DNA of 64,000 bases from an uncultured Phycisphaerales bacterium. Lineage in GTDB: Bacteria > Planctomycetota > Phycisphaerae > Tepidisphaerales > Tepidisphaeraceae. The notes beneath the pieces were generated by a model. It did not search any database. It was not told the origin of the DNA and saw only the letters and a list, made by a program, of their open reading frames with translations. This document shows positions 1 through 10,480 of the stretch, piece by piece; position 1 is the first letter of the stretch, and the number at the start of each line of letters is the position of its first letter. The position numbers and the translations under genes are program-made. The stretch is taken from NCBI GenBank assembly GCA_963755915.1, contig CAVWLP010000002.1, positions 4,944,363-5,008,362 of the forward strand. Direction: 5' to 3'.

Positions 1-32
1 TGAAATCAATCGTTTGTGCTTTTCGCCGGGCG

Positions 33-1616
33 GTGGTCGGGGGATTGGTATTCCTGGCGCTGTTTGCGGCCGTGCCGGCGTGGGCGCTTGATCCTTCGCA
101 AATTCTGCTGATCACCAATGAGAATTCGCCGGACAGTCAGCGGCTGGCGGCGCTCTATTGCCAGCTTCGCGGGGTGCCGGTGGATCAGACGGTGGCGCTC
201 GATTTGCCCAATGCCGAGGAAATGCCGTTTCTGACCTATGAGCAGGATGTCATGGGTCCGCTGCGGCAGTATCTGGCGGATCACCAGCTCCAATCGAAAA
301 TCAAATGCCTGCTGACCTTTTACGGCGTGCCGTTTCGCATTGCCGCCAGAGTCAACACCGAGGCGGACTTGCAGGAGCAGGCCGAGTTGAAGGATCTTCA
401 ATCGGCAACAGGGCAGGAGTTTGCCGACCTGGTGAGATCGATTGAATCCAACGCGGCCGAGCTCGATCCGAACTTCAAGCCCGGGCGCGGCGATACGCCC
501 GAAGCGCTCGATGCGCGATCGAAGGCGGCGATGATCGATATTGTTTCAAAAATTCCCGCGATCGCCGATCCAGAGCAGCAGCGGGCACAAAGAGGGCGCC
601 TGTGGGAGGACGTGGAGACGATCAACGGCCGAAGCGCCATCGACAACGCCGAGCATGGGCAACCCGGGCCGCTGCACGACCAGGTGATGGAGGCCCGCCG
701 GCTGATCGACACGCTGGGCGTGCAGCGCTGGGACCGGCAGGCAAGATCCGATCTTCGCCACTGGACCGAGCTGAATCTGGGCCTGGTCGGGCTTCTGCGC
801 CTGCTCGATGCGCAGATTCAATATTTCGACACGGCCGACACCGCATCAGCAACGGACAGCGAATTGTCGCTGCTCATGTGGGATTACTACCCGCGTTCGG
901 GCAGGCTGCCGAACCCGATGAAGATTGATTTCATGGGGCGCTTGCAGCCGACGATGATGACCATGCGGCTCGATGCCCCAGACCCGGCAACGGTTGAGAA
1001 GATGATGCGGACCTCGATTGCGGTGGAGAAGACCGGGCTTCAGGGGATCGTCGCCATCAACGCGCGGGGCTTGCAGCCGATCGACGACAAGGGGCAACTT
1101 AATACTTACGGCGAGTTTGACGAGACGCTTCGTAATCTTGCCTATATGCTGCGCCTGAAAACCAATTTGAAGATCAAGCTGGGGAATGAGGACCTGGTTT
1201 TTCCGGCCCACACCGTCAAGAACGTGGCGCTGTATGTCGGCTGGTACAGCCTGCAAAAATATATTCCGGGTTGCGATTTCAATCCCGGGGCGGTGGGGTT
1301 TCATGTCGCAAGTTACGAGCTGACCACGCTGCACGTCCCCACGACCGAATGGGTATCCGGGCTTTTGCACGATGGAGTCGTGGCAACCCTTGGTGCGGTT
1401 GCCGAGCCCTATCTCGATTCATTTCCAAAGCCGGATGATTTCTTTCCCCTGCTGCTGACGGGGAAGCTGACCCTTGCCGAGGTCTATTGGAAAACAACTC
1501 CTTATACGAGCTGGATGATTTCGTTCATCGGCGACCCCCTTTATACGCCATTTAAGAACGATCCGGCGATGAAGATTGAGGATTTACCCCCCGGGCTTCG
1601 GCGGGCGTTCCAATAA
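33..1616 (+). CDS. TIGR03790 family protein (exosortase-associated, secreted)
   Basis: Signal peptide; N-terminal 'QILLITNENSPDSQRLAALYCQLRGVP'; C-terminal 'LYVGWYS...PGAVGFHVAS...GAVAEPYL...IGDPLYTPF' typical of the family. The start may lie slightly upstream or outside the window. Confidence 0.8.
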   Translation: MVGGLVFLALFAAVPAWALDPSQILLITNENSPDSQRLAALYCQLRGVPVDQTVALDLPNAEEMPFLTYEQDVMGPLRQYLADHQLQSKIKCLLTFYGVPFRIAARVNTEADLQEQAELKDLQSATGQEFADLVRSIESNAAELDPNFKPGRGDTPEALDARSKAAMIDIVSKIPAIADPEQQRAQRGRLWEDVETINGRSAIDNAEHGQPGPLHDQVMEARRLIDTLGVQRWDRQARSDLRHWTELNLGLVGLLRLLDAQIQYFDTADTASATDSELSLLMWDYYPRSGRLPNPMKIDFMGRLQPTMMTMRLDAPDPATVEKMMRTSIAVEKTGLQGIVAINARGLQPIDDKGQLNTYGEFDETLRNLAYMLRLKTNLKIKLGNEDLVFPAHTVKNVALYVGWYSLQKYIPGCDFNPGAVGFHVASYELTTLHVPTTEWVSGLLHDGVVATLGAVAEPYLDSFPKPDDFFPLLLTGKLTLAEVYWKTTPYTSWMISFIGDPLYTPFKNDPAMKIEDLPPGLRRAFQ

Positions 1617-1687
1617 TCCGCAAGATTCTGAAGCGGCAGCGTGGGGGTTGATTCAAGTTGCGTGGATGTTTGACCGATATTCCCTGC

Positions 1688-1855
1688 ATGGCCGTTCAGA
1701 TCATTTGCCCGAATCTTCAATGCCGGAAGATTCTTTCGGTACCGGATGAAGTTCGCGGGAAACAGGTGAAGTGCCAGTATTGCCAGACGACGTTCCGGGT
1801 GCCGGAGGTTCGCAAGCCGGTGGCGGCCGCTGGCGCTGAGGCCGCGAAGAAGTAG
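1688..1855 (+). CDS. small zinc-ribbon protein
   Basis: MAVQIICPNLQC...VKCQYCQTTFRVP has two Cys pairs, the common planctomycete zinc-ribbon pattern; ATG at 1688. Confidence 0.75.
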   Translation: MAVQIICPNLQCRKILSVPDEVRGKQVKCQYCQTTFRVPEVRKPVAAAGAEAAKK

Positions 1856-1913
1856 CAAGCCTGACGATTCTCCCGCCATCCCCGAAAACCAACGAGCCCC
1901 CGCCTCCCAAACC

Positions 1914-1941
1914 AAAAGCCACACCATGGCAATGGTGTGGC
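1914..1941 (-). terminator. intrinsic terminator downstream of the DUF4126-like gene
   Basis: 10-bp stem GCCACACCAT/ATGGTGTGGC (1918-1941) followed by TTTT on the minus strand; lies between convergent genes. Confidence 0.55.
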
Positions 1942-2029
1942 CCGCATAATGGGAGCCCCGTACCAAAGCCGCAGGGGTACTCGCACCCATGGAACCACCG
2001 CACTTAAAGATTTTCCATTCGGGATAGGA

Positions 2030-3282
2030 TCACCCCGGCACAACCGATGGCGCAACATTCCCATCGGCCGCCGCCGCACGCGGCGATTCCATCAGCGAAA
2101 CGTAGCTATTCCGATACGCGACATAACTGATGTACGCCATCAGCGGTGCAACCAATCCGCCCAAAAGCGGAATGATCTGAAAAAAGATCAGTACCAGAAA
2201 CAGCAAACGGATGCCCCAACGCAGCAGGAATCGCTTTCCCAGCGGCAGATATTGGCTGAACGGCAGAACGATCTCCATGCGATAATAGACGCTGGCCACA
2301 ATCAGCCCGAGAATCGGCACAAGGCTCATCAAAAAGCAGACCATCAAAACCACCGGAACCCGGCGGGCAATGAAGTCGGCATATTGCGACGCGAATTTTG
2401 CCTCGGCGGAAGAAGACCCTGAGCATGTCTGACAGGCAGCAAACGGCCTCCGCGCGGGAAATCGCAAAGCGCAACTCGGGCATCGTCGTTTTTCGACCAG
2501 GCGATACGCCTGGTTCGCCGGATCGGGCGATGGATATGGCTTGGACTGACCGAGAAAACCGACCGCGCTGGGGGTCGCATTCGCCTGATGACAAGTCGGA
2601 CACGCAACGGCACTAGGGTACATCAGCGTTTGGCACTGAGGACACGCGACTTTGCGCTGGTCTTCGGTGATTTCCAGACGTTTGCGAATTGCAAAAAGCA
2701 CGCCGGTCGCGATGCCGATGATCAGCAGCATCAGCAGCGGAAAAATAAATAGCAGAAATACTCCGAAAACAGTCCACGCCTCTTCCAGCCAACTGATCAA
2801 CTTGTCCAGCCCGGTCCCATCGAGGTGATCGAAGACCGCCAGCGCCACGCTCTTGCGAAGAACGGCGAGGCGCCAGGTCAAAATCGCGGAAACAAAAGGA
2901 AATATGGCCTGGGAAAATCCCGCCTGATGTACGCTTTGATTGACGAACGAGGCATCGCCGGAGCTGATCACGCCCAGCGACGTCAGGGCGGCCAGGGCGG
3001 GTTTCAGATAGATGTCGAATTCATGAATCACCTGTCGAACTTCGGGGTTCTTTTGGCCGAGAATCTCCACGACCGACAGCACCGCCAGGACAACCAATGA
3101 AATATCGCTGGTAAACCAGGTCGGCTTGCCATGCCGGAGATAGGCCAGCAACCCGAGATGATGGACCACAGGAATATCCGGCCCAAACCGAAGCAGCAGA
3201 GCCGTCAAGAGCGCGGCAAAAAGATCCGCGTCGAAAAAAGGCTGGACGATCCGATGGCATTGAAAAGCGTCGCGAGGTTCAT
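2030..3282 (-). CDS. DUF4126-like membrane protein with zinc ribbons and C-terminal TM domain (frameshift near 3210)
   Basis: N-terminus MNLATLFNAIGSSSLFSTRIFLP joins the 392-aa ORF; 'LAVLSVVEILGQKNPEVRQ' and 'ISWLEE' are DUF4126-like; four CxxC motifs. Confidence 0.6.
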
Positions 3283-3680
3283 GTGATAGGGATTATATGG
3301 GTTTTCTTTCTCCAACCGATGAAAAGGCCAAGCGCACCGCCAAGGGTCGAATGAATGTGCCCGGTCGCCGAATCGCGCAAACGGCCCGCCTGGTCGGTGA
3401 CCCAACTGCTCGTATCCTTGTACTTGTTCTCAGCCGCGGTGAAATCGATGTTCATCACATTGAAATAAGAGAGCAGAACCAATCCACCGAGGACGAGTGC
3501 GGTGATCGATGCCGTGATTTTCAGGAACGTCCGGAATAACCAGCCGACCAGAAACCCAAGAAGAACGCTGGCGCCGACCCGGCGTGCCCAGCCCGCCAGT
3601 ACGGACGGCGCGGGCTGGGTCGTGGGCGTCGGCTGTTGAACAGCGCCAGCTGATGTTGGTGGAATATTGGAGTCGGCCAG
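3279..3680 (-). CDS. FUN14-family small membrane protein
   Basis: Frame reads 'GASVLLGFLVGWLFRTFLKITASITALVLGGLVLLSYFNVMNIDF...LGGALGLFIGW', the FUN14 pattern. It is open back to a CTG at 3680 preceded by a GAGGA RBS (CTG start or miscalled ATG). Confidence 0.65.
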   Translation of the reverse strand: MADSNIPPTSAGAVQQPTPTTQPAPSVLAGWARRVGASVLLGFLVGWLFRTFLKITASITALVLGGLVLLSYFNVMNIDFTAAENKYKDTSSWVTDQAGRLRDSATGHIHSTLGGALGLFIGWRKKTHIIPIT

Positions 3681-4203
3681 CGTGTGATATCCTCGATGAG
3701 CCCGACGGCAGTGTAGTCCTGCTGAGTCGTTATGGCATTCTTCGGATGTGTTCAGACGGCAATCCGTTGGCGAAAGTTAGTGCTTTCACGCGAAACAATT
3801 TCGCCTTGAAATTCCCGGGCCAGATCACGCATTGCAGGAGTTCGAATCCTGTTGCTTGCTCGCCTTAACTCCAGATTTTCCGAAGGAATTTGAACAACTC
3901 ATCGAACCAAAGGAAGTTCATAAGTAGTGATGCGGCAAAAAGATGCCGTGATGAAATTGCCGAAACGAATTTCCGTCCCGTCGAATCGGAGCGACAAGGT
4001 TTGAACTCACTTTGCCCGAAACCCCAAGCGGAGACCCGACCTAATCATTACGCACACGCAGCTCGAACATGCCCCGGTTTGTTTACTCTTAATCAAATCC
4101 CCTCACCCGCCCGCAAATAAAGCTAGCACACACTAATCAAATTCGCGAAAAATGTAAAAAAACGTAAAATTATGTAAATCCCCCCCCACCGAATCAGACC
4201 TCC

Positions 4204-4964
4204 TCAACTCAACCCCATCCCCCGCACATTCTTCAGACTAATCGCCAAACTCTCAAACGGATCGCGCTGGCAGATGTCCTGCTCGATGATATACCACTCC
4301 ACCCCTGCCGCCCGGCAGGCCTGGAGGATCGCCGGCCAATTAAGATTCCCCTCCCCCACTTCTGCCATCAGCGGGTTGCGGTCGGCGTCGATCGCAAAGT
4401 CCTTCAGGTGAACGCAGGGGATCCGGCCGGAGACTTTGGCGATCCACGCCGCCGGATCCCCCCGCCGTGCTGGATCCAGTAGGTGTCGATCTCCATCCAG
4501 ATTTCCGGAGAGAAATGATCCAGCAGCGTCTGCAGCGCCACCTTCCCGTCGAAGCGGGCCAGCTCGTGGCTGTGATTGTGATATCCGACGCGAACGCCCG
4601 ATCCGCGGAACTTTGCCGCGACCTCGTTGAATTCCTTCGCGAACTTCGGCCAATCGGCTGCCTTGGGCGCCTTGGGAAAGAACCCTCCTATCGCCGTAAA
4701 TTTGCAGTTCCAGAGGCGATGCTCCTCGATGACCGCGGCGGTTTCATCGCGCATGCGCTCCAGCGAGACGTGCGTCGCGCAGCAGGCAAGCCCTTCGCCC
4801 TGCAATATCTTCGCCAGCTCCTTCGGGTCGATTTTCCCCAGCGCCGAAAGCTGCACCGCGTCATAGCCGATCTTCTTCACGCGCTTCAGCGTCAATGCGA
4901 TGTCGGCAGGCGTTTTGGTGAAGTCCCGAAGGGTATACATCTGAGCGGCAATCGTGGTTGGCAT
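4204..4964 (-). CDS. sugar phosphate isomerase/epimerase (xylose-isomerase-like TIM barrel), frameshift near 4460
   Basis: 'QMYTLRD', 'YHNHSHE', 'EIDTYW', 'VHLKD', 'EVGEG' and 'IEQD' motifs split over two ORFs. Confidence 0.85.
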
Positions 4965-5083
4965 CGCGGTCTCCGTGGAGTTTGGAGGCTATTATTGGAC
5001 GAGCGTTTTGCAGACGCCGAGGTCGGTTGCTAACATACAGCGGAGCCGCCGCGGAATGAAGCGTGAAAGGATTTCCTGCTGCG

Positions 5084-5980
5084 ATGACGTATTGTTTGGG
5101 CATTGTAACGAAATTCGGGCTGGTCATGGCCTCCGACTCGCGGACCAACGCGGGTTATGACCAGGTGAACACGTGTCGAAAGATGTACACCTTCGTCAAG
5201 GAGGGGGAGCGGGTCTTCATCCTCCTCGCGAGCGGAAGTCTTTCCTGCACGCAATCGGTCATCACGCAATTGCGGCGCGACTTTGTCGCGGGGCTTGGGC
5301 TTGCCCAGGTGTCGACGATGTATGACGCCGCCCGGATCATCGGGCAGGAAGTGCGCAAAGTCGCGGAGCTGGACCGCTCGGCCCTGGAGCGCGACGACTA
5401 CAAATTCAACGTCCATTTTCTGCTTGGCGGACAGATGCAGGGAGAGGCGCCGGGACTCTTTCTGATTTATCCGCAGGGCAACCCGCTTCAGGCGACGGAA
5501 GAATCGCCTTATCTGCAGATCGGGGAGACGAAATACGGGCGGCCGATCTTGGATCGCGGGATTCGGTTCGAGAAAACGACCCTGGAAGAGGCGGCGAAAT
5601 ATGCGCTGCTGTCGCTGGATTCGACAATGAAATCGAACGTGACGGTGGGGCCGCCCATCGATCTGCTGGCGTATGAAGTCAATTCGCTGGCGGTCACGCA
5701 TCAGCGGCGCTTCATGGCGGACGATGCCGACCTGATGAAAATCGGCCAGCGGTGGCAGCAGGCGCTGCGCGTGGCGGTGGCGCGATTGCCGAACATCCGC
5801 TTCAAGATCGCGACCAAAGCGATGGAGGAGAACGCGCAGGAATCGATCCAACTGGTGGAGTCACCGCCGTCGCCCGAGCCGGCGACGGAATTACAATCCC
5901 AATCCGAGGGCAACGCCCGAATGCAATCGCGCGGCGGCCTCGGGCGAAGACTAGCTGCTCTACTTTCAAATCTGCTGTAG
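5084..5980 (+). CDS. Anbu proteasome-type Ntn peptidase
   Basis: MTYCLG...SDSRTNAG.D, QIGETKYGRPILDR and SLDSTMKSNVTVGPPID; catalytic Thr follows Met (ATG 5084). Confidence 0.9.
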   Translation: MTYCLGIVTKFGLVMASDSRTNAGYDQVNTCRKMYTFVKEGERVFILLASGSLSCTQSVITQLRRDFVAGLGLAQVSTMYDAARIIGQEVRKVAELDRSALERDDYKFNVHFLLGGQMQGEAPGLFLIYPQGNPLQATEESPYLQIGETKYGRPILDRGIRFEKTTLEEAAKYALLSLDSTMKSNVTVGPPIDLLAYEVNSLAVTHQRRFMADDADLMKIGQRWQQALRVAVARLPNIRFKIATKAMEENAQESIQLVESPPSPEPATELQSQSEGNARMQSRGGLGRRLAALLSNLL

Positions 5981-6069
5981 CGCTGCGATCGATTCACGAT
6001 CGCGCGTTTTTGCATCCCCGCGTATCGCCGCGGGCGGTTTTTCATTCTATTATTTGACGAGAACCAACC

Positions 6070-7170
6070 ATGTGCGCACCGCAAACACCACTGATTCGCA
6101 AGCTGGAGGAAATGCGCCAGCGGTATGAGACTCTCCAGGAATCGATGAACGACCCCGTGGTTCAGGCGAATTCGCAGAAGCTGATCGCCGCGAGCAAGGA
6201 AGCCGGCAAGCTGGAGCCGGTCGTGAGCCGGTACCGGGAATATCAGAAGTCGATCCGGACGATCGCCGAACTGGAAGAGATGGCCGCCAATCCCGGCGAT
6301 GCGGAGATGGCCAAGCTGGCCGCATCGGAGCTTCCGCCGGCCCGGCAACAGGCGGATGGGCTGCTCGAATCGCTCAAGGACGAGCTGGTTTCCGCGGAGG
6401 ACAATGCGGTCGATTCGTTCTTTCTGGAAATCCGAGCCGGGACCGGCGGGGAGGAGGCCGCGCTTTTTGGCCGGGATTTGTACGAAATGTATCGCAAATA
6501 TTGCGAGTCGAAGGGATACCGATTCGATGTCAGCGATTTCTCGACGGCCGAGCGCGGGGGGGTTAAGGAAGTGATCGTCAATATTCGCGGGCGCGGCGCC
6601 TATCGCCGGCTGCAATTCGAGGGAGGCGGGCATCGGGTTCAGCGCGTCCCCGAGACCGAAGCGCAAGGCCGGATTCACACCAGCGCGGCCACGGTGGCGG
6701 TGCTGCCGGAACTGCCGGATGTGAAGATCGAGATTAACCCGAAGGACGTGGAAGAATTCGGCTGCCGGGGCGGCGGACCGGGCGGGCAGAACGTCAATAA
6801 AGTCGAAACGGGCTGGCGAATTTTGCACAAGCCTTCCGGATTGCAATTCAAAATGACGGAGCACAAGAGCCAGACGCAGAACAAGGAGCGGGCGTGGGCC
6901 CTGCTTCGGGCGACGCTATACGAAGCCGAGCAGGCGAAGCAGCACGCGGCCGTTACCAGCGCCCGCAAGGCGATGATGGGGAGCGGGGACCGGAGCCAGC
7001 GGATTCGGACGTACAATTTTCCGCAAAATCGCTGCACCGACCATCGCTTGGGCGGCGAAGGGGGCGGGGAGAAGAATTTTAGTCTGGACCAGATCATGCA
7101 GGGAATCCTCGATCCGCTGCTGAATGCTTTGCTGGAGATGGATAAGCAGCAGAGGCTGGAAAACTTGTGA
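6070..7170 (+). CDS. prfA: peptide chain release factor 1
   Basis: EIRAGTGGEEAALF, HRVQRVPETE (PxT motif of RF1), GPGGQNVNK, IRTYNFPQ. Confidence 0.95.
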   Translation: MCAPQTPLIRKLEEMRQRYETLQESMNDPVVQANSQKLIAASKEAGKLEPVVSRYREYQKSIRTIAELEEMAANPGDAEMAKLAASELPPARQQADGLLESLKDELVSAEDNAVDSFFLEIRAGTGGEEAALFGRDLYEMYRKYCESKGYRFDVSDFSTAERGGVKEVIVNIRGRGAYRRLQFEGGGHRVQRVPETEAQGRIHTSAATVAVLPELPDVKIEINPKDVEEFGCRGGGPGGQNVNKVETGWRILHKPSGLQFKMTEHKSQTQNKERAWALLRATLYEAEQAKQHAAVTSARKAMMGSGDRSQRIRTYNFPQNRCTDHRLGGEGGGEKNFSLDQIMQGILDPLLNALLEMDKQQRLENL

Positions 7171-7230
7171 AGGGAAGCTGGAAATTGCGACTGCTACTAA
7201 CTCGCCACACTTTTCATTAGAATGGTGCCC

Positions 7231-7620
7231 ATGGCTAAGGAACAAAAAACGAGCAAAACTCAGGGTAAGAAGAAATTGGAACGTAAGGTCCCCGCGGCGC
7301 CGGGGGCATCGCCGTTGATCGACCCGCTTCAATCGGCGGCGGCGGCAGCGGCAATGGTCGGGCATAAGGTTTCGGCGTCGGGAGGCACTGCGGGGCCGGG
7401 GACGGCGGGTCCTGCGACGGAGTCGAGCAGTTTTCGGAATTTGAAGGAGTCGCTTTCCAAGCCGCACTCGCAGACGATGGGGAGTGTGCTGGATAAGATT
7501 TCGCCGGGCGGGCAGAAGAAGTCGGGGCTGCCGTTTGCGGGCGGCAAGCAGGTGGGGCATAACCAGACGTTTGGGGCGGACGTGAGCCGGCGGAATGTGC
7601 CGCGGCGGACGAACGGGTAG
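7231..7620 (+). CDS. hypothetical low-complexity protein
   Basis: Coding-like ORF downstream of prfA; no recognisable domain. Confidence 0.6.
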   Translation: MAKEQKTSKTQGKKKLERKVPAAPGASPLIDPLQSAAAAAAMVGHKVSASGGTAGPGTAGPATESSSFRNLKESLSKPHSQTMGSVLDKISPGGQKKSGLPFAGGKQVGHNQTFGADVSRRNVPRRTNG

Positions 7621-7628
7621 AGCGCACT

Positions 7629-7862
7629 TCACTGCATCGAATGGCCATTTAATGTTTCGCTGTATTCCAGCGCCGCGGCGAAGACCGCGGAGATGCAGTC
7701 GCAGTTTACGTCGCTATTTTCAATCGTCGTGCGCACGGATTGGAATCGGTCAAGCGCGATTCCGATAACAAGTTTCTTTTCGTCAGCCGAAAGATCGAGC
7801 GATTCGACCAATTCAGTGGCGGCGAGCAGCGCCTGTTGGCGGGCGGATGATTTTCGGTTCAT
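7629..7862 (-). CDS. small hypothetical protein
   Basis: AGGAG RBS before ATG (MNRKSSARQQALL...); helical 77-aa product. Confidence 0.5.
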   Translation of the reverse strand: MNRKSSARQQALLAATELVESLDLSADEKKLVIGIALDRFQSVRTTIENSDVNCDCISAVFAAALEYSETLNGHSMQ

Positions 7863-7896
7863 GGGGGATCTCCTGCTTCTTTGTGGATCGAATGTC

Positions 7897-8583
7897 TCAT
7901 CGAAATTTTTGCATGAGCATTTGTGCGATGACCAGGTAGGAATTCGTAAAGGCGTCCTTGCGGAAAAAAGTTGTTGGCATAGTGGGCTGGCCGACGAATG
8001 GCCGCAGAACCCAGCCCGCCTGAACTGCGACGAAGACATAGATCGTGAGCCACGCCCGGAGGGTCCAGCGGTGTTTCCGGTTGCGCAGGATCAGGGCGCG
8101 ATAGGCGCGGTGCAGGGCGAATTGAGCGGCAGAGCTCGCCACGGCGAAGATTGACGCGTTGAACAAAATTGCATCTTGGTAATTCGGATCGGATAGGTAC
8201 CAGAGGGAGGTCATTGGCGACAGAGAAGCTAGGACGATGGTGATTGTGGCCTGGGCGGAGCCGAGTGCAGCGAGGCATTCGCGGAAGTCGGCGCGAAGGC
8301 CGAGAATTGTGTTGAGGACGAAAAACGTCGGGAGTGTCAGGGAAAAAGACGTCAGGAGGAGCAGCGGGATCTTGATGGCGGAATAGATGATTTGCTCCGG
8401 TCGGGGCTGGGCGGTTCCAGCGAACGCGCCCATGACGGCGCCATACCAGCAGCCGCAGGCGATGAGGATGATCCAGAGAGGCGTAAGGCTCGCGAGATTT
8501 CTGCCGGGAATTTGCCGGCCGCGAAGGATCGCGTCGATGCGGACGAAGGGAGCGGCTGCGGAATTTGATGTGTGCTGAGTCAT
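7897..8583 (-). CDS. multi-pass membrane protein (Yip1-like), paralog A
   Basis: Starts MTQHTS..., overlapping the upstream stop; 'KIPLLLL...TLPTFFVLN' and 'QAGWVLRPFVG' motifs. The ORF-track extension to 9399 is spurious. Confidence 0.75.
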   Translation of the reverse strand: MTQHTSNSAAAPFVRIDAILRGRQIPGRNLASLTPLWIILIACGCWYGAVMGAFAGTAQPRPEQIIYSAIKIPLLLLTSFSLTLPTFFVLNTILGLRADFRECLAALGSAQATITIVLASLSPMTSLWYLSDPNYQDAILFNASIFAVASSAAQFALHRAYRALILRNRKHRWTLRAWLTIYVFVAVQAGWVLRPFVGQPTMPTTFFRKDAFTNSYLVIAQMLMQKFR

Positions 8584-9365
8584 CGCCAGGTGATTAGTCT
8601 GTATGCCGCCTGGAAGACAGCCTGGAAAAAGTTTGAATAGGGGGAGCGGAACCAGGTGAAGGGCTGATCGGGACGTCCGATGAACGGGCGCAGGACCCAG
8701 GCCATCTGGCATCCCACCAGGCCGAAGACAATGACCCAGATGCGAAAGACCGTTTTCACGTGCGGCGCCAGAACGTAGTCGGAGGACGGATCGAGGGGCC
8801 CGGGTTGCGAGATAGGGGGATCGGCCTGCGCGGTCGTATCGGGCGGCAATGGCGCCGTGATTTGCACGACCGTCATGCGGTGCAGGGTCTGAAGGAGAAA
8901 TGCCAGCCCGAGCAATCCGGAAACGGCAAAGACGAGGACGTTCAGAATCAGCATGAAATCGTAGCTGCGTGTTGTGAAGGAAAAGAAACCAACGATCGGT
9001 CCGATTGAAGCGAGTACGGCAAGGATCACACCCAGCGACGCGATCAGGAGGCGAAGCAGCGATGAAATAATCAGGCGGGATCCGACCAGGGCGTTGAAGA
9101 CGTAGAGTGAAGGGAACGTGACGGCGAGGGTCGCGAGAAAAAGCGTCGGCACTTTGAGCATGGCGGCGAGAAGCTGCATGGGATGGTGGCTGCCGCCAGG
9201 GGTCAGGGAGAAGAGGCCCATGCAGCAGCCGTACATGGCGCCGAGGGCGGCGATGACGGCGGAGAGGCCGAGGATAGGGATGTCGAAGCGGTTCTCTCGA
9301 AGCACGCTCAATTGAGTTGCCTGGCCGCGAAGAATGCTGTCGAGGGCTTTGATCCATTGCCACAT
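8580..9365 (-). CDS. multi-pass membrane protein (Yip1-like), paralog B
   Basis: 'KVPTLFL...TFPSLYVFN' and 'QMAWVLRPFIG'; AGGAG RBS. Confidence 0.8.
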   Translation of the reverse strand: MWQWIKALDSILRGQATQLSVLRENRFDIPILGLSAVIAALGAMYGCCMGLFSLTPGGSHHPMQLLAAMLKVPTLFLATLAVTFPSLYVFNALVGSRLIISSLLRLLIASLGVILAVLASIGPIVGFFSFTTRSYDFMLILNVLVFAVSGLLGLAFLLQTLHRMTVVQITAPLPPDTTAQADPPISQPGPLDPSSDYVLAPHVKTVFRIWVIVFGLVGCQMAWVLRPFIGRPDQPFTWFRSPYSNFFQAVFQAAYRLITWR

Positions 9366-9401
9366 TGAAAATCTCCTGATCGTTTTCTCTGTATCTCAAA
9401 C

Positions 9402-9420
9402 TACTTTATATTGCAAAGTA
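9402..9420. promoter_or_regulatory. palindromic operator TACTTT-N7-AAAGTA
   Basis: TACTTTATATTGCAAAGTA lies upstream of 9365; a near-copy is at 10481. Confidence 0.7.
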
Positions 9421-9456
9421 CAATGGCGTAGCAATTATCCGCTTGACATAAGGCGT

Positions 9457-9858
9457 TTACGACAAGGCTGGGATGCCTATCACGGCTGATTTAGGAAAAT
9501 GGGACGATTTTTTTCCCCCTGCCGAGGCGTCGGCGACGACCGACTGTAGAGTTTGAATATATTCGAGGAATCGGGCGCGGCCGGCCTCACTGAGACGACA
9601 GCGCGTCTGCGGACGATTTCGGTGATAACCCTTCCAGATTTCGACCAGGCCATTTTCCTGAAGGAGCTGAATCTGCCGGCTCAGGTTGCCGTCCGTCAGG
9701 GAGCAGAGCGTTTTCAGCTCGGTGAAGAGCAGGCCATCGGGATGGGCGGCAAGGGAAGATAAGATGCCCAGGCGCGAGCGTTCGTGAATGAGACGGTCGA
9801 GGCCCTCGTAGGCGAATCGGCCGGAGGCGCGCTTGGGGATTTCGTTATTTCGACTCAT
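9457..9858 (-). CDS. winged-helix transcriptional regulator (HTH_34/ArsR-MarR-like)
   Basis: LDRLIHERSRLGILSSL...FTELK...LTDGNLSRQ...GRARFLEY. Confidence 0.9.
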   Translation of the reverse strand: MSRNNEIPKRASGRFAYEGLDRLIHERSRLGILSSLAAHPDGLLFTELKTLCSLTDGNLSRQIQLLQENGLVEIWKGYHRNRPQTRCRLSEAGRARFLEYIQTLQSVVADASAGGKKSSHFPKSAVIGIPALS

Positions 9859-10457
9859 GGGTGCGCTCCAGTGACCAGTACAAAATAAAGGCGGCGGCGC
9901 TCTGACCGATTCCAAAAGGGGCTGCGACCGTCCAGGGCGAAAAAGCGAATTGATGCGCAAAGGGAGTGAGGCAAACCACGCCTGCGAGGATGTAAAACGC
10001 GCCGACCAGCCCGATCGGCCGAGGCAGGAGCGATCGCGAATAGATCACACCAAGGCCGAAGAAAATCGACCAGAATCCGGGGAGGAGCCAGAGGGATTCC
10101 AACGAGGAATATGAGAGCGCGAGCGTTACGATGCCGCCAACCGCGATGAATGGGAGCAATTGCTCGATGGCTTGAGTGGTAAGTCGCCGATTCAGGGATG
10201 ATTCGGTGCGGTGGAAGCGGACGGTCATTTCCGCGGCGACGATAATCAGGCAAATAATCGCTACGGTTATCCAAAGCTCAACGAATCGGAGGGGATCGCG
10301 CGGGTTGGGGGATCCACCAAGGCTGGAAAAGCGCCGCGGCGATGGCGACGATCGCGGTGAAGAATGTCGTCAGGGCGCGATAACCCCGAAAAGTTCGGGC
10401 GAGACCGATCTGCCGATGGATTTGGGCGATCTGATCGAGAGCACTGTCGAGTTCCAT
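9845..10457 (-). CDS. membrane protein co-encoded with the regulator (frameshifted)
   Basis: MELDSALDQIAQIHRQI... followed by several TM segments; overlaps the regulator start. Confidence 0.7.
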
Positions 10458-10480
10458 TGGAGCAACTCCGGTTTAGAAGT

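Noticed and set aside
3690-4200. RNA gene or riboswitch in the long intergenic region
   Set aside because: No tRNA cloverleaf or recognisable riboswitch consensus seen, and the short ORFs look non-coding. An Rfam scan would be needed to exclude one.
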